Assembly: GCA_044356295.1 (NCBI GenBank)
Contig: JBIKWN010000043.1
Coordinates: forward strand, 1-20,590
Direction of reading: 5' to 3'
From: Bdellovibrionota bacterium
GTDB taxonomy: Bacteria; Bdellovibrionota_C; UBA2361; JBIKWN01
Length of the DNA stretch: 20,590 bases
Each line of letters opens with the position of its first letter. Within the stretch, counting starts at the first letter, position 1. The notes beneath the pieces are model-generated. The model made no database searches. It was not told where the DNA came from and worked only from the letters and a program-made list of their open reading frames with translations. The translations under genes were made by a program, and so were the position numbers. Below are positions 1 to 7,402 of the stretch, piece after piece.

Positions 1-2
1 TT

Positions 3-179
3 TCTTCGATGCATGCAAATTGGATTGTGAATCCAACTAAAAAAGGTAGTGCCCAAGACGTTTTTACCCTTATCGAACTTGCTCAAAATACGGTATTAAC
101 ACAGTGCAAAGTAAAGCTTGTCCCAGAGGTCAAGTTATGGGGATTCTCAGATGTTAAAGGTGTTGTTTCGAACAATTAA
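3..179 (+). CDS. murB: UDP-N-acetylenolpyruvoylglucosamine reductase, 3' end (partial, begins before the window)
   Basis: Manual translation of frame 3 gives SSMHANWIVNPTKKGSAQDVFTLIELAQNTVLTQCKVKLVPEVKLWGFSDVKGVVSNN* (TAA 177-179). This matches the MurB C-terminal pattern S-x-HANFIVN...A-x-DV-xx-LI...L-x-PEV. It also lies in dcw context upstream of ftsQAZ. Confidence 0.9.
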   Translation, partial: SSMHANWIVNPTKKGSAQDVFTLIELAQNTVLTQCKVKLVPEVKLWGFSDVKGVVSNN

Positions 180-196
180 GATAGTTTTTTCAATCA
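62..196 (+). repeat. Direct repeat, left copy (attL-like)
   Basis: 62-171 is identical to 3524-3633 (110 bp, offset 3462). The match continues to 196/3658 with 3 mismatches (positions 172, 173, 180). Confidence 0.97.
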
Positions 197-270
197 CTGT
201 AATATGTAATTGTAACTTTTTTGCGATGAGCTTTCACAGAGCTTCCAACAATAGTGTACATTTTAATTGA
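151..270 (+). pseudogene. Duplicated ftsQ 5' stub created by the left repeat
   Basis: ATG at 151 corresponds to the ftsQ ATG at 3613. It reads MLKVLFRTIKIVFSIT (ftsQ: MLKVLFRVIKIVFSIS), then runs into unrelated sequence to TGA at 268-270. Confidence 0.6.
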
Positions 271-360
271 TTCAAGGACTAAGAAAAATCCTAATGAGAG
301 ATTAAATTCCAAAGCAGTCTAGAAAATCGGTCAGGTACGCGCATTCATGCTCTTTTTGTT

Positions 361-3252
361 CTATTCATTTTCAATCAACAAAGAAACATGTGCATTAATT
401 ATTTCTAACATTCTTTGAGCGACGTGCAAAAATTGTACTGTGACATCCAGTATAGCTTCGCTATCTGAAAGATTGCCTAGTCCTTTCTGAACCGTTTCGC
501 GCAATTGAACAATAGATGCTTTCAGCTCAGGGAGGGAATCTATCAACTTGAATTTAACTTCAGAACTTAAAAAAAGCTTTGCAAGGTAGAGCTGCGCATA
601 GCTGACAATTGGTTTTATTAGTGCTGGATCGGTGATTGTTTCTGATAACTCCAACGCCTTGATCATTTCAGTTCCGATGCTAATTGTTTCTTCATCGTTG
701 GATTTTTTTGAAAGGAGTGCAAGCTTTCGTATTTTCAAAAACACTTCTTGGCTATGTGCAAATGGCTCAAAGGAAAAATTGTTGTTATCAATTTCATGTA
801 TTGGTTCAGAAATTTTTTCAGCAAACAAAAAAACAGTCTGCTTTGTCGAAGCTTTGACTTTTGCCCTGAGTGACGGTGTTAAAGCTTCAAGTGCTATCCT
901 ATCAAGAGTCAATTGCGCGTTTGAAGGTGCTCGTAATCGAAATCCACAATTTTCAAGCTCTGCAATGAATGATTCTGAGAACACTCTTTGTTCGGCTTTC
1001 ATCCAAAGTATTCCTCCTTTTTGCAACACTCGCGCTGATTCCTCGATATAATGTCCGATTGTTTTGCTGTCTAAGTGATAAGGAGTCGAAATTTCTACTA
1101 CTGCAACACTCCCACTTTTTAAAGGAATGTTGAATGCATCCGCCAAGACTCGTCTTGGATTTTTGGATAACTCAAGCATACCCAATGAGGAATCAATATC
1201 AACAACTGTAGGAATGCTGTAGTTATTTAGTTTGAAATTCAAAGTAGCTTCTTCAACAGCTTCGAATAAAGTTCCCGGACCAGAACCTAGGGAAAGAAAC
1301 ACCGGATTCTTTCCCCAAACTCCAAAGTTTTCGGGAAATGAATTCATAACAAAGGAAAGACCAAGCCTTGTGGTAAACCAAGTTGAAAGGTGTGAAACGA
1401 ACTCACTGTAAGTTTGAGCCAATTTGGACCAAGACTCAGGGTGAGACGCCCTTCCCAATGCGAGACGAAGCATATCTATGGGAAGTAAAGGTCTTTGTTC
1501 AGCATCTCTTCGTCCTTTAGGTTCGACAAGATGTGTATATGAGCCAACATTATAAACTGAGCCAGCCCTTCTAAAAATAAATTCAGCACCTTTAAATCCT
1601 GGTCCAACTGCTTTTTCACGATCAAGCATAGAATCCACTGGATGAGGAATACTCTCATTAGTCACGACACGCAAAGAATTAGGGATGAGAGCTCCATACG
1701 CAAAGGAAGCAGTTCCGATTTTATGACGATTAGCATCTGAAAAACGGCAAGAAAGCCCAAAAAAAGCTAACTTTCCATATGGTCCGATAGGTCCAGTAAT
1801 TTCGAAATGCTCGCAATTTCTGATTGCATTTGTGACTATCCTTCCTTCTAACGACTGTCGGCCCTCTTCGCCGAGACGCAGATGAAGTGACCCATCATTT
1901 GTACGAATATACCAATCTTGTGAGCCCTTATTTTCAGGATCTTTTTCCAAGAATAACAAAAGTGCCTCGATTGCAGTGAGGTCAGTGCTTACTTCTTTTC
2001 CTGAAATTCTATATTCAACCTTCGGCTGTTTTTTTTCCGTGAGATGATAAGGGTGAAGCAGTTCCTGTGAGGAAACGGCAAACGCCCCCTGGGCATCTTT
2101 TTTCCAGTGAACCCGAATTATTTGGTCAGTAAATCGGGGGGTCACTGAGCCTTTTAACCCTAAGACTGCTTGGGGTGCATATGCACTTTTTGCAGGCGCT
2201 TCAATGACAAGAGTTTCGGCTTCATGTAAGCAAGACATTGCAATCTGGTACGACATAGATCCAGACGTTTCCGTTGTAGCGATGAGATAAGATTTATCAT
2301 TGTATATAATTCGTGCAAAGTCTCGATCGAGCTGTTCATTATTTTCAAATGCTAAATTTGAGAGAGCTTCTTCAAGTGTCAATTCGGTTTTAAAATCTCG
2401 CGTATTTTCACAATCAAGAATAATAAGTGCTTTTCTTTTACCATCTGGATAGAGATAGTTATCAGAAAGTATACGCGCTTCGATTGGTTTATGGCTGCCG
2501 TTACTTTGTTTCTTGAATGTAACTTCAACAGGCTGCCCTGCATATACACGCGAAGCATGCCATTTCACACCAAATGCTTCCAAGCTTCCTCCAATAGTCA
2601 GTTCTGATTCAATTGAGAAAGTGTCTAGTCTCGAAAGTTTTTCAGCTAAATAACGACTTGGACGATTTACCTTTCGTGGAATTGCCGTCTCAAACGAACT
2701 TCCTCTATATCTAATTGTGGCTGGTTTAGATCCAGGCATGTCTCGCAAAAGTCGTCCAAGTTCCATCATGGAAAGATGACTTTGATATGTTTGTAGCTCA
2801 AAGTTGATTGTTTCTTCTTTTCTTGGCTGGCCCAAAGCATCTGTAAGAATAGAAGAATAAATAATTACTTCCGCAGGCTGTAGTGTATCGTCCATTCCTT
2901 TTTTTAAATTCAAAAGTACCTGGCGAGACTCTGATGATTTGCCTGTTTTTACGCTAAAGCCGAATATATGAATAGCCTCCGATTGGCTCGGCTGCTCTAG
3001 AATGATAGAAATTTCAGAGAGTGTGGCGATAAATTTCTTAAGTGCAGCATCCCAGTTATTAGGATGACCACTAGGAGGTCGTAGTTGAAACGTATTTTGA
3101 CCAATTAGAAGCGTTACCGAACGCTCTCTTTCCTCATAATGAGGTGACGCTTCTATTTGTCTGATGATAAAGCGAATATCATGGAGCAGTTTTTCAGGAT
3201 TTTCTGGGTCTTTGAATACTGAATCACTATGAAGTTGGGCGGATTGGAGCAT
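361..3252 (-). CDS. Large hypothetical protein: N-terminal tandem degenerate ~130-aa repeats plus a class I SAM-dependent methyltransferase domain
   Basis: 965-aa ORF (TTG 3258; first ATG 3252). Aa ~650-775 carry MTase motif I FLSLGSGPG, the acidic motif VVDIDSSLGML, then ADAFNIPLKSGSV and ESARVLQKGG, as in Methyltransf_11-like domains. Confidence 0.8.
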   Translation of the reverse strand: MLQSAQLHSDSVFKDPENPEKLLHDIRFIIRQIEASPHYEERERSVTLLIGQNTFQLRPPSGHPNNWDAALKKFIATLSEISIILEQPSQSEAIHIFGFSVKTGKSSESRQVLLNLKKGMDDTLQPAEVIIYSSILTDALGQPRKEETINFELQTYQSHLSMMELGRLLRDMPGSKPATIRYRGSSFETAIPRKVNRPSRYLAEKLSRLDTFSIESELTIGGSLEAFGVKWHASRVYAGQPVEVTFKKQSNGSHKPIEARILSDNYLYPDGKRKALIILDCENTRDFKTELTLEEALSNLAFENNEQLDRDFARIIYNDKSYLIATTETSGSMSYQIAMSCLHEAETLVIEAPAKSAYAPQAVLGLKGSVTPRFTDQIIRVHWKKDAQGAFAVSSQELLHPYHLTEKKQPKVEYRISGKEVSTDLTAIEALLLFLEKDPENKGSQDWYIRTNDGSLHLRLGEEGRQSLEGRIVTNAIRNCEHFEITGPIGPYGKLAFFGLSCRFSDANRHKIGTASFAYGALIPNSLRVVTNESIPHPVDSMLDREKAVGPGFKGAEFIFRRAGSVYNVGSYTHLVEPKGRRDAEQRPLLPIDMLRLALGRASHPESWSKLAQTYSEFVSHLSTWFTTRLGLSFVMNSFPENFGVWGKNPVFLSLGSGPGTLFEAVEEATLNFKLNNYSIPTVVDIDSSLGMLELSKNPRRVLADAFNIPLKSGSVAVVEISTPYHLDSKTIGHYIEESARVLQKGGILWMKAEQRVFSESFIAELENCGFRLRAPSNAQLTLDRIALEALTPSLRAKVKASTKQTVFLFAEKISEPIHEIDNNNFSFEPFAHSQEVFLKIRKLALLSKKSNDEETISIGTEMIKALELSETITDPALIKPIVSYAQLYLAKLFLSSEVKFKLIDSLPELKASIVQLRETVQKGLGNLSDSEAILDVTVQFLHVAQRMLEIINAHVSLLIENE

Positions 3253-3260
3253 CAACAATT

Positions 3261-3269
3261 ATTATATCA
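3261..3269 (-). promoter_or_regulatory. Putative extended -10 promoter (TGnTATAAT) of the islet ORF
   Basis: The minus strand reads TGATATAAT, a perfect extended -10 consensus, ending 8 nt upstream of the ATG at 3252. There is no room for an SD between them. Confidence 0.45.
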
Positions 3270-3523
3270 GGTTAGTATCCTTAACATAGTTTATGAGACA
3301 GTAGGTTTGGCTGTATGGCTCTTGGTCCTCATCGAGTATCACGACCTGGCGGGAGTAGTCAGGAATACGTGGCGGTGTAAGTTGGAATAGCTTGAGATTT
3401 CATTATTTTCTTAGTCTCAAGAGTATCAATAAGAAATGATAGGATGCGCATTTTAGATTTACGCTTGGATCACTCGATAAGGTAGTGCTCATAATTAGAT
3501 TAATACACCTTACCAAGGCAGCA

Positions 3524-3658
3524 TTTTACCCTTATCGAACTTGCTCAAAATACGGTATTAACACAGTGCAAAGTAAAGCTTGTCCCAGAGGTCAAGTTAT
3601 GGGGATTCTCAGATGTTAAAGGTGTTGTTTCGAGTAATTAAAATAGTTTTTTCAATCA
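3524..3658 (+). repeat. Direct repeat, right copy (attR-like); contains a second copy of the murB 3' end and the true ftsQ start
   Basis: Matches 62-196. In the murB frame it still ends ...VVSSN*. Confidence 0.97.
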
Positions 3659-4494
3659 GTATCGTTGCAGCTGCAACGGTTACAGTGATTTCTTATGTAA
3701 ATCCAGAACTTCTAGTTCGTTCTGGAATAAACGTTTATATAAGCAAATTAGAGCGTTTCTATCACCAGGAACTCTATGAACGACGAGTCCTTGTTGAAGG
3801 GCTTCAATCGGTTGAAAAAAATGAAATTGAAGCTTTGATATCGCCATACACAACAAATCTTTCGTTTTGGTTTCAATCAAATGAGATAGTAAAGGTTCTA
3901 AAACAAAATCCATTTGTTGCAGACGCACAGATTACAACTTGTGATGAAGGATTTTTGACCCGTTGTTTCCGTATCTCTATTGAAGAAAGAGCACCGCGCT
4001 TTATTCACTTGAAGGGTCCCGATGCACTGCTTCTTGCAGAGGACGGAGTAACAATTGCTGTTGTTCCAAGCAGCGAGCTGATCCCATCACTTGAGCGTAT
4101 GCTCGTACCGCAGGCGCCGAGACCTAAGATTATCGCCGGTGTCATAACGAACGATGCAAGTACCGATCAATTTCGTGCACGATTTGAATATGTGAAAGAA
4201 AGTTTTGACATGCTTGAAAAGTTATCTGGCTTTCAGTTCTCTAGACTTGAGCTGTTACCCAATGGGGAGTTGTTGGCGAAACCCTCAAAAGCGCAGTTTG
4301 TAGTGCAATTTGATAAAAGTTGGGGAGATCCAAAAGCATTTGCAGAAGAAGTTTCTCGTTTAAAACTTCTTCTTCCTGAAATAAATGACAGACTCCAGGA
4401 AGTTGAAAAGATTGATCTGGCCTATAACAAACTGGCAGTTGTTAGTTATAAAACTTCACAAGTTACTCCAACACCGAAGCCCTTAAAAAAATAG
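3613..4494 (+). CDS. ftsQ: Cell division protein FtsQ/DivIB
   Basis: N-terminal TM helix (VIKIVFSISIVAAATVTVISYV), POTRA-like segment (VLVEGLQSV...LKQNPFVADAQI...ISIEERAP) and C-terminal KIDLAY motif. It lies directly upstream of ftsA. ATG 3613 is preferred over the track's TTG 3580. Confidence 0.85.
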   Translation: MLKVLFRVIKIVFSISIVAAATVTVISYVNPELLVRSGINVYISKLERFYHQELYERRVLVEGLQSVEKNEIEALISPYTTNLSFWFQSNEIVKVLKQNPFVADAQITTCDEGFLTRCFRISIEERAPRFIHLKGPDALLLAEDGVTIAVVPSSELIPSLERMLVPQAPRPKIIAGVITNDASTDQFRARFEYVKESFDMLEKLSGFQFSRLELLPNGELLAKPSKAQFVVQFDKSWGDPKAFAEEVSRLKLLLPEINDRLQEVEKIDLAYNKLAVVSYKTSQVTPTPKPLKK

Positions 4495-4535
4495 CCCCTT
4501 GCCCTGGTTACAAACTCTGTTTAATTTTGAAGTAT

Positions 4536-5765
4536 ATGGCTAGTCAACCTCATATTATCGCAGCCCTTGATATTGGAACTTTTCAAACAAAGATCGTCAT
4601 AGCAGATGTTACCGATCCATCAAGACATGAAGTTATTGGTGTTGGTGTAACTCCGTCTCGAGGAATGAGAAAAGGAGTTGTGATTCATATTGATAATACC
4701 GTTGCCGCAATTGAGCATGCATTGAAACAAGCTGAGTCGATGGCAGGCGTTGAAGTATCATCCGTATATTGTTCACTCTCAGGGAGCCACATTAAAGGTT
4801 TATCGAGTAACGGTGTCGTTGGAATTAAAAATAAAGAAGTACGAGCTGATGATATCGAAAGAGTTATTGAAGCTGCTAAAGCAGTTGCAATACCGATGGA
4901 TAGAGAGGTGCTGCATGTACTGCCGCAAGAATTTATTGTTGATGATCAAGATTCAATTAAAGACCCGATTGGTATAAACGGCGTACGACTTGAAGCACGT
5001 GTTCATATTGTCACTGGTGCAGTTGCAAGTGCTGAAAATATTGTTAAATGTGCAAACAGATGTGGTTTAACTGTCAATGACGTAGTGAGTGCAGGTATCG
5101 CTTCTGGAAGAGCTGTTGTTACTGATGAAGAGCAAGATCTTGGAGTATGCGTAATCGATATCGGTGGAGGCACTACCGATGTAACAGTTTTTCATCATGG
5201 TGCAGTAAAGCATTCATTTGTTTTGCCAGTTGGTGGAACTCATATTTCTAATGACATTGCTTCTGTGCTTAGTACTCCGATTGAAGCTGCCGATGAACTT
5301 AAATGTTTGCATGGTTGCGCTATGTCATCTTTGGTAAGGTTAAACGATACAGTTTCTGTTGTTTCTACAGGTGGTCGTGAAGACAGAGTAATTTCAAGAC
5401 AATTTTTGGCAGAAATTATTGAGCCCCGATTAACTGAAATATTCCAAGTAGTCATTGGAGAGCTCATCAATGCGAAAGCTGACCAATTAATAAGAAGCGG
5501 CATTATCCTTACTGGAGGAGTAGCAAATCAAAATGGGATAGCTGAGCTTGCAGAAAGCGTATTTAGCGCTCCTGTCCGAATCGGTTTACCAAGAGGAGCC
5601 CATGGCTTGTCAGACCTAATTCAAGACCCTTCACATGCTGCTAGTTTTGGCCTCATTCTTTACGGGGAAGCTACAAAAAGTACCTCTCGAGCCGTATATG
5701 GCAGGTCTAATTTCATATCAAAGTCGATGAAGAAGGTAGCAAACTGGTTCGGGGAACATTTTTAG
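4536..5765 (+). CDS. ftsA: Cell division protein FtsA
   Basis: ALDIGTFQTK and VIDIGGGTTD phosphate loops, ILTGG, VRLEARVHIVTG, and the C-terminal amphipathic helix KKVANWFGEHF. ATG at 4536. Confidence 0.97.
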   Translation: MASQPHIIAALDIGTFQTKIVIADVTDPSRHEVIGVGVTPSRGMRKGVVIHIDNTVAAIEHALKQAESMAGVEVSSVYCSLSGSHIKGLSSNGVVGIKNKEVRADDIERVIEAAKAVAIPMDREVLHVLPQEFIVDDQDSIKDPIGINGVRLEARVHIVTGAVASAENIVKCANRCGLTVNDVVSAGIASGRAVVTDEEQDLGVCVIDIGGGTTDVTVFHHGAVKHSFVLPVGGTHISNDIASVLSTPIEAADELKCLHGCAMSSLVRLNDTVSVVSTGGREDRVISRQFLAEIIEPRLTEIFQVVIGELINAKADQLIRSGIILTGGVANQNGIAELAESVFSAPVRIGLPRGAHGLSDLIQDPSHAASFGLILYGEATKSTSRAVYGRSNFISKSMKKVANWFGEHF

Positions 5766-5968
5766 GATAGTATCCCTTCACAAATTCCGAGAACACGAAT
5801 TTTTTGCGGTTTAAACTATTATTGGGGACTCTTTTACTGCTTTAATGACGCCAAACCACAATTAGCTTTACTTTGAACTAAAATTAGTTTAAGTAACCTA
5901 AAGTAACAGTGTTTTTTAAATGCGAGTTTTTTTAATACAAGATTTTTTTAGAACAAAGGTAGAAATCA

Positions 5969-7183
5969 ATGACAACTGAAGCTGGTAAAAAGCACCATCC
6001 TAATACTGCAAACATTAAGGTATTTGGAATTGGTGGAGCTGGAATTAATGCCGTAAATAATATGATCAAAGGCGGACTCTCAGGAGTTGAGTTCTTTGCC
6101 GCAAATACGGATTCACAGGCTCTTTCGTCATGTGAAGCAAAAAACAAAATTCAATTAGGTGACGAAATTACCAAAGGTCTTGGTGCTGGTGCTGACCCTG
6201 ATGTTGGTTATGCTGCTGCCCGTGAAAGTCTTGAGACAATCCGTAAATCGCTACAAGGCGCTGACATGGTGTTCATCACTGCTGGTATGGGTGGTGGTAC
6301 TGGAACACTTGGTGCTTCTGTTGTTGCAGAAGTTGCAAAAGAACTAGGATGTTTAACAGTCGGTGTTGTTACAAAACCTTTCCTATTTGAAGGAAAGCGT
6401 CGAATGAAAAATGCAGAGCGAGGTATTGATGAGCTCCGCAAACAAGTCGACACACTGATTACTATTCCAAACCAAAGACTTCTTTCAATCGCAGGAAGAA
6501 ACACATCTCTTCTCGACACGTTCAGAAGAGCTGATGACATTCTTTATCAAGCCGTAAAAGGAATCTCTGATCTTATTACCTACGAAGGTCTTGTTAACGT
6601 CGACTTTGCTGACGTACGTGCAGTTATGTCTGAAATGGGCATGGCGATGATGGGTACTGGTGATTCTTCTGGCGAGAATAGAGCTGTTGAAGCTGCTCAG
6701 AAAGCAGTGTCATCACCACTTCTCGAGGATATCTCAATTCATGGTGCACGCGGAGTTCTTATTAACTTCACTGCTTCAAGAGATGTAACTTTACAGGAAG
6801 TTAACGAAGCGGCAGAACTAATTCATTCTGAAGCTCATGAAGATGCAAACATCATCTGGGGAATGGTTATCGATCCACAGCTTGAAGACAGAGTGCAAGT
6901 TACAGTGATTGCAACTGGATTCGGTGATCGTGATGCGGTTACTCCTGGCGCAACTTTTTCGTCAGCAGTTCCTACCTCTACGACTTCGCAACTATCGACT
7001 TATTCAACGACACAAGCTGCTGCACCAACTGCAAGCCTTGCTGCTTCAGTTGAGCAATCAACATTTGGTAAAAAATCAGCGCAATCCGATGTTATTAAGC
7101 TCAAAAAACTCTCTGTCATGGCGAGTGCTGAAGATGAAGATAAGTTTGATATCCCAACCTTCTTAAGAAGAGGGGCAGAGTAA
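5969..7183 (+). CDS. ftsZ: Cell division protein FtsZ
   Basis: Tubulin signature [30 protein letters not shown]7 loop, and C-terminal core peptide DIPTFLRR. Confidence 0.99.
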   Translation: MTTEAGKKHHPNTANIKVFGIGGAGINAVNNMIKGGLSGVEFFAANTDSQALSSCEAKNKIQLGDEITKGLGAGADPDVGYAAARESLETIRKSLQGADMVFITAGMGGGTGTLGASVVAEVAKELGCLTVGVVTKPFLFEGKRRMKNAERGIDELRKQVDTLITIPNQRLLSIAGRNTSLLDTFRRADDILYQAVKGISDLITYEGLVNVDFADVRAVMSEMGMAMMGTGDSSGENRAVEAAQKAVSSPLLEDISIHGARGVLINFTASRDVTLQEVNEAAELIHSEAHEDANIIWGMVIDPQLEDRVQVTVIATGFGDRDAVTPGATFSSAVPTSTTSQLSTYSTTQAAAPTASLAASVEQSTFGKKSAQSDVIKLKKLSVMASAEDEDKFDIPTFLRRGAE

Positions 7184-7229
7184 CTGCTTCTACTTTTTAG
7201 ACCGGTTTGTCATAACAAATTGTGATATG

Positions 7230-7271
7230 AACCTAGTGGTATTTCTTTATGATTTACTACTAGGTTTTTTT
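7230..7271 (+). terminator. Intrinsic terminator downstream of ftsZ
   Basis: AACCTAGTGGTA (7230-7241) pairs with TACTACTAGGTT (7255-7266) with one G-U, followed by a T run. Confidence 0.7.
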
Positions 7272-7402
7272 ATTTCTATTCCTTCTGTGGACATAATGCG
7301 CGAGATGCGCTTTTAAAACCTTGTTTGCTCTCGTTTTTTACGAATTCATGTTCCCTTTTATTATCTTTCCGTAATTGAGATTAACAGATATATAGCAATA
7401 AG

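Larger units (their letters stand above)
62..3658. mobile_element. Direct-repeat-bounded genomic islet inserted at the murB/ftsQ junction; no recombinase gene visible
   Basis: Long direct repeats flank a single antisense orphan ORF inside the normally co-oriented dcw cluster. Removing one repeat plus the interior would regenerate a contiguous, overlapping murB-ftsQ junction. Confidence 0.7.

Noticed and set aside
934..1311. Restriction-modification DNA methyltransferase
   Set aside because: No DPPY/NPPY or PC catalytic motif in the domain, and no nuclease or specificity gene. The motifs fit Methyltransf_11-like enzymes better.
3484..3511. dif/Xer-like site: AGTGCTCATAA matches the E. coli XerC arm GGTGCGCATAA at 9/11
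   Set aside because: The sequence after a 6-bp spacer (TAATACACCTT) does not resemble the normally better-conserved XerD arm TTATGTTAAAT, so this is insufficient to call Xer-mediated integration.
3580..3612. Longer ftsQ start (TTG 3580)
   Set aside because: It lies deeper in the duplicated murB coding sequence. ATG 3613 directly precedes the TM helix and is more plausible, though unproven.
62..3658. IS/transposon with target-site duplication
   Set aside because: The 110-135 bp duplication is far longer than IS TSDs, there are no terminal IRs at the boundaries, and I recognise no DDE/HUH/recombinase motifs in the ORF.
5766..5968. Possible regulatory repeats between ftsA and ftsZ (AAGTAAC twice, AACTA-N4-TAGTT)
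   Set aside because: Short and AT-rich, so not distinguishable from chance. A ftsZ promoter is likely here but cannot be placed.
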